In this document: positions 51,257 through 61,466 of the stretch, piece by piece | Layout of the letters: each line of letters starts with the position of its first letter | How positions within the stretch are numbered: position 1 is the first letter of the stretch | Source: an uncultured Nitrososphaerota archaeon | GTDB taxonomy: Archaea; Thermoproteota; Nitrososphaeria; Nitrososphaerales; Nitrosopumilaceae | Assembly (NCBI GenBank): GCA_963701075.1 | Contig: OY969559.1 | Span: 1,120,001 to 1,184,000, forward strand | Direction: 5' to 3' | DNA: 64,000 nt | Translations under genes and position numbers: made by a program | The notes under the pieces: generated by a model | What the model saw: only the letters and a program-made list of their open reading frames with translations | What the model was told of the DNA's origin: nothing | Databases searched by the model: none

Positions 51257-51536
51257 ACAAGTCTTCTTTTGCAACGCCCTTCCAAAGACCAATCATGCCT
51301 TCTGGCTTTACTGGTTCGACCTTTGTTATCTTTTGAATCTTGATGTGGTCGGGGTTTGGTGGCATCCAAAGCATTGCCATGTAATCACCTATGATGCCTA
51401 CTGCATCAGGCTTTGCAGACACTATCTTGTCTTTTACAAATCCCTTTGATACTAATGCATCAATTGCCTTTTGCTCAAGGTCTCGTCTGCCGTGGGTGAA
51501 AAGATAGACTGATTTTTGCGAGTCTATTGTGCTCAT
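51240..51536 (-). CDS. Hypothetical protein (98 aa)
   Basis: Start ATG 51536; the ORF-track extension overlaps purD and was discarded. Confidence 0.72.
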   Translation of the reverse strand: MSTIDSQKSVYLFTHGRRDLEQKAIDALVSKGFVKDKIVSAKPDAVGIIGDYMAMLWMPPNPDHIKIQKITKVEPVKPEGMIGLWKGVAKEDLFTVTL

Positions 51537-51634
51537 GGTACCACAAGCTTTGCAATCGTTAATCAATATTTCGAAGTTGTGAGATTTTTGCCAAAACTGG
51601 TTGTTAGCTTTTATACGAGCCAGATGAAGAAAAA

Positions 51635-52903
51635 TTGTTGATTGACATTCTAGTTGTGGGCTCTGGCGGACGCGAGCATGCACTTGGGTGGAAACTAGCG
51701 CAGAGCCCAAAAGTTGGAACGATATATCACGCGCCAGGAAACGGTGGAACTTCAAATAATGTAGAAATCGAGGTGCACGAGATTGAAAAACTTGCACAAT
51801 TTGCATCTGAGAAGAAATGTCTTACAGTTGTAGGGCCTGAGGTTCCTTTAGCTGCTGGAATTGTGGATGCATTTGCAAAAAAAGGCCTTGCCATATTTGG
51901 TCCAACCAAGGATGCGGCAAGGCTAGAGTCAAGCAAGGTCTGGGCAAAAAATTTTATGAAAAGAAACGGCATCCCGACTGCACGCTTTGAGATATTCGAT
52001 GATGCAACAAAGGCAAAAGAGCATGTAAAATCAGTTGACTATTCCCTTGTAGTAAAGGCAGATGGACTGGCAGCTGGAAAAGGCGTGATTGTATGCAATG
52101 ACAAATCAGAGGCAATCTCTGCAATTGACAAAATTCTAGTTGAGAAGAGCTTTGGGGCATCAGGTGCCAGAATTATTTTGGAAGAGAGAATTGATGGTGT
52201 AGAAGCATCGTATATTGCAATCTCTGACGGAAATGTTGCATATCCGATGGCCACAAGCCAGGACCATAAGAGGATCTATGACGGTGACAAGGGACCAAAC
52301 ACCGGTGGCATGGGCGCATACTCTCCAACAGGTGTCATTGATGATTCCCTGGCAAAAGATATACAAAAAAATGTAATTGAAAGGACGGTATCCTCTATGA
52401 AAAAAGAAGGAACTCTGTTTTGTGGATTTTTGTATGCTGGAATAATGGTAAAAGACGGCAAGCCTTTTGTTTTAGAGTTTAATGCAAGGATGGGCGACCC
52501 AGAGTGCCAGCCAATAATGATGAGGATGGACTCTGACCTGCTTGATTACATTCAAGCAAGCATTGATGGTACCATGTCCAGCCTTCCTCCAATATCGTGG
52601 AAGCGCCAGAGCGCTGTATGCGTTGTCTTGGCATCCAAGGGATATCCGGAATCTTATCCAAAAAACGAGGAGATACTGGGTCTTGATATTCAAGACAAAA
52701 ACTCGTACGTCTTTCATGCCGGAACAAAGCGTGTAGATGGCAAGGTCTTGACTAATGGCGGACGTGTACTGGGCGTCACGGCAACAGGGGACACGTTACA
52801 GGGTGCAATATCATATGCTTATGACAGAATTGAAAAGATCAGCTGGCCAAGCAAGTACTGCAGAACTGATATTGGAAAAAAGGGCCTTGCACTGCACAAG
52901 TAA
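51635..52903 (+). CDS. purD: Phosphoribosylamine--glycine ligase
   Basis: GSGGREHA, KADGLAAGKGV, QDHKR, GPNTGGMG, EFNARMGDPE. Confidence 0.97.
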   Translation: MLIDILVVGSGGREHALGWKLAQSPKVGTIYHAPGNGGTSNNVEIEVHEIEKLAQFASEKKCLTVVGPEVPLAAGIVDAFAKKGLAIFGPTKDAARLESSKVWAKNFMKRNGIPTARFEIFDDATKAKEHVKSVDYSLVVKADGLAAGKGVIVCNDKSEAISAIDKILVEKSFGASGARIILEERIDGVEASYIAISDGNVAYPMATSQDHKRIYDGDKGPNTGGMGAYSPTGVIDDSLAKDIQKNVIERTVSSMKKEGTLFCGFLYAGIMVKDGKPFVLEFNARMGDPECQPIMMRMDSDLLDYIQASIDGTMSSLPPISWKRQSAVCVVLASKGYPESYPKNEEILGLDIQDKNSYVFHAGTKRVDGKVLTNGGRVLGVTATGDTLQGAISYAYDRIEKISWPSKYCRTDIGKKGLALHK

Positions 52904-52997
52904 AACTGCATTTTGACGCAAGAGATGACAATTTGGCAAAAATAATCTTTTGCCAAAAACGAAGGAAAAACTGTCTGCCGCAAACCCGTTTGAATTG

Positions 52998-53846
52998 TTA
53001 TCTGTTTGCCAAACTTGTTTCAAGCTGCAAGCAATTTTCAAAAACAAAATAACTGCTCTGCTTGCTTGCACAATAGTGGTATCCCATGGCGTTAGAATAA
53101 TCCTGGCTATTGCCGCTAGTTTGGTATGTCGGAATAGCGCTTAGGTCAACGGGCATTGGTTGGGAATTTACATACTTGTACCAATGGTCTCCGTCATAAG
53201 AATAAAAATCATACATAAAGTTTTGATAAAAGCAATACCGGGTTAGCTCGCCGTTTGGGGGATCGCAATATGCGTTCTGCGGGTTGTCAAGCATGTTCTG
53301 CCAGTCAAGGTTTTGGTCGTCTCTTGTATTGTTGAGCATGGCAGGAAGGTGATTTTGTTGTGTTGCAGGCATTACCAGACTAAAACCAATTGTTAAAACA
53401 ATTCCTGCAAGCGCATAAATCCAGATTCTCTTCCTTTTTGTCCCAAGGCTGCCCCTTTTCTTAAAATTTGCAACAGGTTCATTTTCCATTTCAATATCAT
53501 CGTACCACTTTTTCCTTGCATCTTCTGTTTTTATGCTCTCGTCACTTGATCTGACCTTGTCCCAAAAATTTTCATATTGGGTATCTCCTAAATCCTTTTT
53601 GGAATTGAGATATTCATCGTACTCTTTTCTTGTCTCTGGGTTTTTGAGAATCTCATACGATTCTTGAATCTCTTGGAAGCGTTTTTCCCATGCCTCTTTC
53701 TCAATTGGCGGATTTCTATCAGGATGTGTTGTTCTTGCCTTTGCTCTATAGGCTTTTTTTATTTCTGCCTGCCCTGCTGTCGGTAAAACCCCCAAAACAT
53801 CGTAAGCGTTTCTGATGTTTGAGAATCTGTCAATGTTAGAGGCCAT
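52998..53846 (-). CDS. Membrane-anchored J-domain protein
   Basis: YDVLGV...IKKAYR...HPD...YEILKNP; single TM helix; C-terminal Cys-containing domain. Confidence 0.85.
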   Translation of the reverse strand: MASNIDRFSNIRNAYDVLGVLPTAGQAEIKKAYRAKARTTHPDRNPPIEKEAWEKRFQEIQESYEILKNPETRKEYDEYLNSKKDLGDTQYENFWDKVRSSDESIKTEDARKKWYDDIEMENEPVANFKKRGSLGTKRKRIWIYALAGIVLTIGFSLVMPATQQNHLPAMLNNTRDDQNLDWQNMLDNPQNAYCDPPNGELTRYCFYQNFMYDFYSYDGDHWYKYVNSQPMPVDLSAIPTYQTSGNSQDYSNAMGYHYCASKQSSYFVFENCLQLETSLANR

Positions 53847-53942
53847 CTTTTAATTTTCTCCAAAAATTTGCAATTATTAGACTTTTTATGTTTTCCAATC
53901 CTCTCATACTGTATACCCTATACTTGTTATAAAAAAGTCAAG

Positions 53943-54437
53943 TTATTTCTTGACCATCAGTCCTGTCTCCCACCAATTAAACTCGTCAAAATATGGATAG
54001 GCTCCGGGATACTTGAACTGGTATGAATAACTCTCTCCTGGTTCCATTGCCTTGCTGTCAAAAAAATAACCTTGTGAAAGCTCACTCCACATGCTACCAT
54101 AAGTTACAGTGTGCTGTAAAGTATCATTATTTTGCCATGTTACTATGGTTCCAGATTTGACATACAATGTGGTGGGCTGGTAACAGGTATTGAAATAACT
54201 GCCATATCTTATGTCATTTGCAGCACAATTTGGTGTAATTATCACCTGGGGATTTCCATTGTGTGAAATGCTTGTAGTGGAGTTTGATTTTGCAATACTG
54301 ATTGGCTCAGAGATGCCTGCACAGATGGTAGCACCGCTTGGTCCTGTTACACATGTTGCATCTGCCTCGTGCGTATGACTTGAAATTATTACTACAATTG
54401 AAGCCATTGCAATTACTGAGATATGTGCAAAATTCAT
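53943..54437 (-). CDS. Secreted cupredoxin-fold protein with degenerate Cu site
   Basis: VTWQNND..HTVT...YPYFDEFNWWETG (C/H/M ligands replaced). Confidence 0.78.
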   Translation of the reverse strand: MNFAHISVIAMASIVVIISSHTHEADATCVTGPSGATICAGISEPISIAKSNSTTSISHNGNPQVIITPNCAANDIRYGSYFNTCYQPTTLYVKSGTIVTWQNNDTLQHTVTYGSMWSELSQGYFFDSKAMEPGESYSYQFKYPGAYPYFDEFNWWETGLMVKK

Positions 54438-54580
54438 ACTTGGAAATATAATGGGTTATCGCAGGTTATATTCTTACAAATATTTGTACAAAAAAATGTG
54501 ATCTTATCTGTCTGTGCAACAAAATCAAACTTGATAATCGTTCTATCTTCTTAAAAGTCAAAAAGACGTTATATCTATCA

Positions 54581-54976
54581 ATGATCAAGCAAACAGCCCT
54601 GGCCGCATCTGTAATAGCTGCCATAGTGGGTATCATGCATCTCTTTTTGGCCTCGCAGCTTCTCTCCATTTCGACTGCGCCAAAAATTATGGTCTTTTTT
54701 CTCATAGTGGGCATACTTCAGCTATTTTGGGTGATTCCTACCATAAAACAGTGGGGTAGTTTTTGGAACTATGTTGGAATTGGTGGCACATTGGCACTGA
54801 TAGGGATTTGGTCGCTCACACGATTTCCAAATCCGATTGTAGGCAGAGCGTTGCCTGTAAACGCGATGGGCGTTTTAGAAGAGACGCTACAGGTAGCATT
54901 TATTGTCATCTTGTTTATCATCTCGTACAAGGGAAGACAAGAGATCAGGCAGAATAAACTCGGCCAAGGAATATGA
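54581..54976 (+). CDS. Four-TM membrane protein
   Basis: Hydrophobic helices; GIMH, GILQLFW, WSLTR. Confidence 0.75.
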   Translation: MIKQTALAASVIAAIVGIMHLFLASQLLSISTAPKIMVFFLIVGILQLFWVIPTIKQWGSFWNYVGIGGTLALIGIWSLTRFPNPIVGRALPVNAMGVLEETLQVAFIVILFIISYKGRQEIRQNKLGQGI

Positions 54977-55131
54977 TGGTGTTTGATACCATTGGAGGAT
55001 CCTCAGTGTTATCTGGATGGAATTCAAAGGACTCTCAGCTCTGTCTTAATTGGTCTTTTTCATTCTCTGGAGCGTTTTTGCCCAGTTGATAAAACAGGAC
55101 CAAATTATCGGTTCTTCAATATTTTCTTTTT

Positions 55132-55929
55132 TCATGCCAGGTTTTTCCTAAAAAACGTCTTTGTCTTGCCAAACGCTTCCTTTGCAGCCTCCCTGTTGTA
55201 TGAAGGCCGCTGCTCATTGAAGAAAGCGTGAACAGTCCCCTTGTAGATCTTCATCTCAAACTCTTTGTGGTATTTTATCATGTTTTCCACAAGAGAGGGT
55301 ATTGCAGAGTTGATATGCGGATCCTCTTCTGCATAGTGGCAAAGCACCGGTCCCTTTATTTTTTCAATGGATTCAAGTGGTTTTGGATTTGAGCCGTAAA
55401 AGATTACGGTAACTCCAAGTGGAATGATTGTGGAGAGCTGAAATGCAAGTCCTCCGCCAAGGCAAAAGCCCATTGCCCCCAGCGGTTTTCTGCTCACTGC
55501 GTTTGAGTTTTCAAGATATTTGCAGCATGTTATGATGTCTTTGACCAAATCTTCTTCCATTTTTTGCCTTTCTTTGAATATTATCTGGACTACACTTTTT
55601 TCAGAGTCTGACATTTTTTTTGAGGCCTCTTCAATTGCGCCTGGGTCTGACATGCTCTTTACAGGCAGTGCCATGATCTTTTTCATTGCAGATTCTATGT
55701 TTTGTTCGTTGAGCGTGTCTTTGTATCTTGAGAATAGGTCAGGGGCAAGTGCTACGTAACCCTCTTTTGCAAACCTTTTTGCAACTTCTTCTATCTGGCT
55801 GTTAAGGCCCCATACCTCATGCAGTATGATGATTCCGGGCAGCTTTTTTGCTGTCTTTGGAAAAGCAATGTATGCTCCAATTTCTATGCCATCTTGTTGT
55901 ATAGTTATCCTCTTTTTTGTTATCTCCAA
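55132..55929 (-). CDS. Dienelactone hydrolase family protein
   Basis: HEVWGLN, APDL, GFCLGG, FYG, HAFFN. Confidence 0.92.
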   Translation of the reverse strand: MEITKKRITIQQDGIEIGAYIAFPKTAKKLPGIIILHEVWGLNSQIEEVAKRFAKEGYVALAPDLFSRYKDTLNEQNIESAMKKIMALPVKSMSDPGAIEEASKKMSDSEKSVVQIIFKERQKMEEDLVKDIITCCKYLENSNAVSRKPLGAMGFCLGGGLAFQLSTIIPLGVTVIFYGSNPKPLESIEKIKGPVLCHYAEEDPHINSAIPSLVENMIKYHKEFEMKIYKGTVHAFFNEQRPSYNREAAKEAFGKTKTFFRKNLA

Positions 55930-56044
55930 TATGGAACTAGTTTTCTTTATTGAATTTAAACAGTATAAAACAGACCAAATCTCATTATTGATACTAGGTG
56001 TCGTACAGAACTCTGGGTTTTGATTACAAAATGATGCTATATGT

Positions 56045-56527
56045 TCAAAGAGTAATTTCTTTCATGTCACATTTTGCAGCATTCCATAAATGATCACATA
56101 GGTTGAAGATGCCACTTGCAATATCGTGGTAAGTTGTATGAATGATGGAATCATTTGCGTCATCTATGTGAATTGGGTCTGCCATTGATGTTGAGATGAT
56201 TGCCTGCATGTTCTCTTGTACAAGTATTCTGCCTTTGAACGGAATATTTGTTACCATGATCTCGTCTGCGCCCAATTGTTTTGCTAATAATACCATGTCG
56301 TTATCACATGGTTCCATTAAGAGACGCACCCTCCCTCCTGCCCTTCTGTATGAATTTATCCTGTCTGGGATACCTGTCTCATACATTCTTGACATCTCTT
56401 CAACTGTACAGGAGATGTAGATTAGAGCTGTAGATTCAGTGAATATGTTTGCAATTCTTTCATATATGTTACCTCTTCCACGCGTTATGGAAAAAGATGG
56501 ATAGACGCTTTGGTTTATTTTTTGCAT
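56045..56527 (-). pseudogene. TrmB-like regulator C-terminal domain lacking an intact HTH (probable remnant)
   Basis: RGRGNIYERI...VRLLM...HLWNAA resembles TrmB effector domains; the upstream 150 bp has stops and no open HTH frame. Confidence 0.45.
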
Positions 56528-56764
56528 TTTGATATCTCACACTTTTGGCAGTCTACTGCGATATAGCTTGGACCAATTGTAGAGCCACCATAGGTTGTAG
56601 ACTGCCTTTGATCTAATCCCACGATTTTATCTAAGGCTTTGCTATGTCTTTTATGGTGAACTAGATCATAATCATAGTCTTACAATGAATGCGTAGTTTA
56701 CATAAATCTGAGTGCAATGATACTCATACTACAAATTCATAGCAAGGAAAAAAATCCTAAATAT

Positions 56765-57577
56765 TTAATGAAAATTTACTGCAGTGATTCCACCTATTAC
56801 AATAGCTATGATTCCAAGCACAAAGTTGACAAGGTATATCTTGTTGCTCTTTGCAAATTTTAGCAGATATGATATCACAACCAGTCCTACTAGAGCAGAT
56901 GATGCTATAGCTATTAGTATTCCAGTTGTATCTATGCTTGCAATTGCAGCGTGAACCTCTTTTTTGCTAAACAGTACGGTCATCATAAATGCGCCAATGG
57001 CTGCAGGAATGTACGCAAGAAATGATAGCCTAAAGGCAACATCGGGCTTGACACCCATTAGCAGCATTGTTGAAGTTGTCATGCCGGACCTGCTTACTCC
57101 TGGAAGTGCTGCAATTCCCTGTGCAATACCGATTGCAAGATAATGTTTTATTTTCATCTCCTCGAGGCTACCAATTTTTTGGCTTGTCCTTGAGCGCCTA
57201 ATGTAAGCACCGTTTACTATCAGTATTACACCGAGAATTAGCATTGGTATTCCAACATTGTACGAGCCTTCAAGAACATGCTCCACTACAAAATAGATGG
57301 GCACACCTATTATTGCAGTGACTACCGTTACCACAACAAGATATGCCAAAAGTTTTCTATCTTTGATAAGAGAGATGACATCTTTTCTAAAATAAATGAG
57401 TGCCGAGCCCACAGAGCCAATCTCCATGAACAGGCCAAAGGCATAAGCCACAACTAGGGGTAATCCAAAGAGCGCGTTTGAAACTATGAGAACCTGGGTC
57501 TTGCTACTTATGGGCAGCCATTCGGCAATTCCCTGCACCACGCCAACTATGATAGAATATAAAATGTTTACAGGCAC
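56765..57577 (-). CDS. uppP: Undecaprenyl-diphosphate phosphatase (BacA)
   Basis: QGIAEWLPISS, AQGIAALPGVSRSGMT, SFL. Confidence 0.93.
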   Translation of the reverse strand: MPVNILYSIIVGVVQGIAEWLPISSKTQVLIVSNALFGLPLVVAYAFGLFMEIGSVGSALIYFRKDVISLIKDRKLLAYLVVVTVVTAIIGVPIYFVVEHVLEGSYNVGIPMLILGVILIVNGAYIRRSRTSQKIGSLEEMKIKHYLAIGIAQGIAALPGVSRSGMTTSTMLLMGVKPDVAFRLSFLAYIPAAIGAFMMTVLFSKKEVHAAIASIDTTGILIAIASSALVGLVVISYLLKFAKSNKIYLVNFVLGIIAIVIGGITAVNFH

Positions 57578-57962
57578 TTTTTTTCAAGTCTGAATTGCCA
57601 TATTAGAACCTAAGCAAAAATATGCCTGCTCTTGGATGGTTTACAATTATTTGGCAGAAATTAGTAGGTGCTGTCCACAAGCACACAGATAATGTTGTAT
57701 TCTTGGAACTTGTGTCTTATGCTTGACAAATCTTTAGTGGTAGGGTCTTGGCAAATGAGTGCCAGTGGAAATGCAATAAAAATGTCACAAAAAAATCGCA
57801 TAATTTTGTAATATTTTGAACGATCCCCTGCTTAAATTTTTCGAGATTAATCGGCTAAATAATGTAAGATTTACATTGGTATCTGTCCAAATAGCTAAAT
57901 TTTATGTTAAAATTATTTGATGGTCTAACTCAAGTCATGTGCGCTGCCAGTGAACTGAAATA

Positions 57963-59336
57963 ATGCAACACGATGAAAATTTTTCTGCTGACAAGATTTT
58001 AGAGATTGCCGCAAAGATAGAACAGGAGAACGCAATCTTTTCAAAAAAATCTACGCTGGATTCCCTATCGCTGCCGTCGAAGATACTTGGAAGAGAAAAA
58101 CAGATCGAGCAAATCATCAGATTTCTTTTAGGATACAAATATGGCCATGTGGTACCGTTCATATCTGTATACGGCAGAAGTGGTTCTGGCAAAACAACGG
58201 TTGTACAGCATGTTTGCAAGGAGCTGGGGATTGACTATGTCATAGTGAACCTTCGACGGGCCAATACAGTATTTGGATCTTTGAACTTGATTTTGGGAGA
58301 GGTTGGCTTGGATGCAGTCAAGGGCTCACAAGGAACAGCTGTATCATTTGGCAAGATTGCAGAAGCAATCAAATCAAGGCTTGAAAAAAACTCCAAGAAA
58401 CTTTTTGTCATGATACTTGACGAATTTGATGTCATATTTGAGGACATGCGTGGGCATCCATCTGACTTTATCTACAAACTAATCGAGCTTGAAAAGGATC
58501 TGGCAAGGGATGGTATCTATCTTTGCATCATTGCAATATCAAACAATGTCCTTTCAGAATATGACATTGATGACAGGGTTAAATCAAGAATTGGAACATC
58601 AGAGATATTTTTTGAGCCATATTTCTATGGTCATGTAATATCGATTCTACGTGAGCGAGCAAAGGAGGCCTTTGCAACTCCAGTCGATGATGAAGTGCTA
58701 CAACATTGCGCCAAGCTTGTGTCAGAAGAGCATGGTGATGCAAGACGGGCAATTGACCTGCTGCGAGTGGCAGCGGAGCGTGCCAGTGCAGAAGGTGAGA
58801 TGCCCCTGACTAGACATCACATTAATGCAGCGTCAAAAGAGATGCAAAAGGACAGGGCTGAGAACATCATAAAGCAGTCATCATACCATTTTAGGAGAAT
58901 CCTTGCAGCAATTGCAAGAATCACTTTTCTAAGTGGCAAGGAATGGCACTATACCTCGATTATAGTTCAGCAGTATAGGAGAGTGTGGCAAGACGGCTCT
59001 AATCTGCTCAAATACAGGAGGGTATCTGAGATTATCCGAGAGATTGAGAACACTGGATTTTTGGTATCTCAAGTGAGCTCAAGGGGAAGTCATGGGTATG
59101 GAAGGCAATACAAGCTTGCAATGTCTCCTCACGAAGTGGGTAGATACATGGGGTCTGGTTGGTGGGAGGACATTATCAAAGTCAAAAAGATGCATGCTGA
59201 CCGGGTAGAATTTATGAGAAAAGAGCTTGCGACATCTGAAAAAGAGAAAAATAAAATCGAGAAAATGCAGGCATTTGAAAGAGTGGCAAAAGACTGGAAT
59301 GACTATGTCTGGCTGGATAGGTATGACATTGAATAG
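57963..59336 (+). CDS. Orc1/Cdc6 family AAA+ protein (divergent, element-type paralog)
   Basis: ILGREKQ, YGRSGSGKT, ILDEFD, DDRVKSR, GDARRAIDLLR, C-terminal wHTH. Confidence 0.9.
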   Translation: MQHDENFSADKILEIAAKIEQENAIFSKKSTLDSLSLPSKILGREKQIEQIIRFLLGYKYGHVVPFISVYGRSGSGKTTVVQHVCKELGIDYVIVNLRRANTVFGSLNLILGEVGLDAVKGSQGTAVSFGKIAEAIKSRLEKNSKKLFVMILDEFDVIFEDMRGHPSDFIYKLIELEKDLARDGIYLCIIAISNNVLSEYDIDDRVKSRIGTSEIFFEPYFYGHVISILRERAKEAFATPVDDEVLQHCAKLVSEEHGDARRAIDLLRVAAERASAEGEMPLTRHHINAASKEMQKDRAENIIKQSSYHFRRILAAIARITFLSGKEWHYTSIIVQQYRRVWQDGSNLLKYRRVSEIIREIENTGFLVSQVSSRGSHGYGRQYKLAMSPHEVGRYMGSGWWEDIIKVKKMHADRVEFMRKELATSEKEKNKIEKMQAFERVAKDWNDYVWLDRYDIE

Positions 59337-59346
59337 GGAGCGATAA

Positions 59347-60030
59347 GTGATGGATAATCTAGTACATAAGAATCGTGGAAACAAAAATGAGTTGCAGTCA
59401 ATTTATGAGCGCAGAATTGCAATTCGGCAGATACTTGCAAAATCAGGAGAAGATCATGTTATGGACAAGGGATTTGTCTTGCAAGAGCTTGCAAAGCAAG
59501 GGTTTCATCCAAGCAAGCGCACACTTGAGCGAGACCTTGTAGAAATACAAAGAAAGTATAGAATAAGAAAAAGGATCAGACTAGATTACAGGAAAAAAAT
59601 TGATCTTTGCTATGGATACATGAGAAAGATTGACCGTATGTGTGACAGGATATTTGTCGATTCAAAAAAGGCCATGACTGTTACATCTGTAGTAATTGGC
59701 CCAAAGGTAACAAAAATTATAGAAGAGACTAACGCAGAAAGGGTTGCCAACATTAAATCTGGTGTATTGGAGATCCAGACTCAGGTGTATGGGATGATGC
59801 TCAGGATGCTTGCAAGAGCCGCCAAGGGCCACAACATAAACATGTATCCTGCTGCATTTACACGAAAACATGTACAGGTCACACAAAAAGGAACAAAGCT
59901 GCAATCGACTATCAGAAATATCATGATAGAAAAAGTCAAGGCTGAGAGTTTGTTTAAAGGATCAGCCAAGAAAAAACCTCGTGAGCGCAGAAAAAAGAGA
60001 ATAATTCGTCTTGATATTACATGTGACTAA
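59347..60030 (+). CDS. Basic hypothetical protein with N-terminal wHTH-like segment
   Basis: RRIAIRQIL...LAKQGFHPSKRTLERDL; 10 bp after orc1/cdc6. Confidence 0.65.
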   Translation: MMDNLVHKNRGNKNELQSIYERRIAIRQILAKSGEDHVMDKGFVLQELAKQGFHPSKRTLERDLVEIQRKYRIRKRIRLDYRKKIDLCYGYMRKIDRMCDRIFVDSKKAMTVTSVVIGPKVTKIIEETNAERVANIKSGVLEIQTQVYGMMLRMLARAAKGHNINMYPAAFTRKHVQVTQKGTKLQSTIRNIMIEKVKAESLFKGSAKKKPRERRKKRIIRLDITCD

Positions 60031-60129
60031 ACCTTCAGTGGGTTCAGACATGTGAGAGTTTGAACCTTAACTCAAAGTCAGCTGTATTTCAATGAGATCC
60101 ATTAAATCAAAACTAGAGCAGATGATTCC

Positions 60130-60246
60130 ATGCCATATACCTGTAAGGAATGTGGATTATCTTTCTATACAAGTGATGGTCTCGAAGTTCATATTCTATA
60201 CAGGCATACAAAACCAATTCCTAAAGGATTGGATTATTTTAGATAA
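60130..60246 (+). CDS. 38-aa stand-alone C2H2 zinc-finger micro-protein
   Basis: MPYTCKECGLSFYTSDGLEVHILYRHTKPIPKGLDYFR; missing from the ORF track. Confidence 0.6.
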   Translation: MPYTCKECGLSFYTSDGLEVHILYRHTKPIPKGLDYFR

Positions 60247-60303
60247 TCATACCTAGATGCTATGAGATCTTTTTTATGTAGGAATCTTCTAGTTACCTCC
60301 TTC

Positions 60304-61359
60304 ATGTCTCAGGAGCTGATACGAGAAATTGAAAACCTTATTGAATTTGGCTATGGGGATACCCGTAGACTAGATTCTATAGTTAACGCACTAGAAAATG
60401 GACACTCGTTGTATCAATCAGACCAAACATATGTTGACATGTTAATTTCCAAATGTCTCTATCCTCATATGGAAGAAAATTGGAGCTTGAAAAAACGGGT
60501 AGGTTCCTTGGAACAGAAAATACAAAATGTGAAACGTGATTATAGAAACAAAACAGAGACTGAAATAAACGAAGAGATTCCTGTGAATTTCTGCAGTAAA
60601 TGCGGTTCTACAGTATCAAGAATGTATTCGTCGTGTAAAAAGTGTGGCACCCTTCATGACGAATATAATTTTGGTGAACTCCGTAAAGAAAAGCTAAAAC
60701 AAAAAAGACATGCAGAGCCAATTACTGAAGACAGAGGACCTTTCATTAATTATTGTAGAAAATGCGGTTTGGCTCTTTCAAAAACAACTGAATTTTGTCC
60801 AAACTGTGGAACATATCAAACTAGTTTTGGATACAGAGGAGCTACAACGTACAAAAGCGAGGGAACGTCTCTTGTATTATCATTACTCTTTGGCGCATTT
60901 GGGTTTCTTGGAATAGCTCATAGGTATATTGGCAATATTGGAAGAAGCCTAGCACTCTTGTATTCTGGATGGATTCTAATGTTTTTGTCACTAATCGGAC
61001 TATATCCACTCATTAGTGAATACATTGAAAAATCATTGTACCCACAGTATGCAAATTACTATGGATCTTTTGGAGCCATTGTGAATCCATGGGGCATGAA
61101 TTACCAGCAGTCTGAAGTGTTCTATATCGTATTTTTGATTGTAATTCCGATAGCATATTTTGCACTTTTTATATGGCAAATCTTTGACGCAAGAAACCAG
61201 ACAAGAAAGTTTAACGATTTCATGGACAAATCTGGCAGTCAACTCTATGAGATGACAATTGGAAAAAAGGTTGCTTATGTCTTGGCCTTTTTTGCTCCCG
61301 TCTTTGCATTAATCGCACTTGTGTTGGTAGGATACGCTCTACAAAACATAAAACATTGA
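60304..61359 (+). CDS. Zinc-ribbon + TM2-like membrane protein
   Basis: CSKCG..CKKCG, CRKCG..CPNCG; KSEGTSLVLSLLFG..GIAHRYIG. Confidence 0.75.
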   Translation: MSQELIREIENLIEFGYGDTRRLDSIVNALENGHSLYQSDQTYVDMLISKCLYPHMEENWSLKKRVGSLEQKIQNVKRDYRNKTETEINEEIPVNFCSKCGSTVSRMYSSCKKCGTLHDEYNFGELRKEKLKQKRHAEPITEDRGPFINYCRKCGLALSKTTEFCPNCGTYQTSFGYRGATTYKSEGTSLVLSLLFGAFGFLGIAHRYIGNIGRSLALLYSGWILMFLSLIGLYPLISEYIEKSLYPQYANYYGSFGAIVNPWGMNYQQSEVFYIVFLIVIPIAYFALFIWQIFDARNQTRKFNDFMDKSGSQLYEMTIGKKVAYVLAFFAPVFALIALVLVGYALQNIKH

Positions 61360-61466
61360 AATTTAGAGTCACATTTGCAGCAAAAAATCACACTTTAACA
61401 AAAATTTGACTTAGTTGCCTTGAAAATCTAAAGAGTGTTTATCTACTTGACTAAAAAACAACGTCT

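Noticed and set aside
55978-55995. Regulon palindrome outside the island (AATCTCA-ttat-TGATACT) before the DLH gene
   Set aside because: Degenerate and 49 bp from the start rather than about 42; not counted without a PWM score
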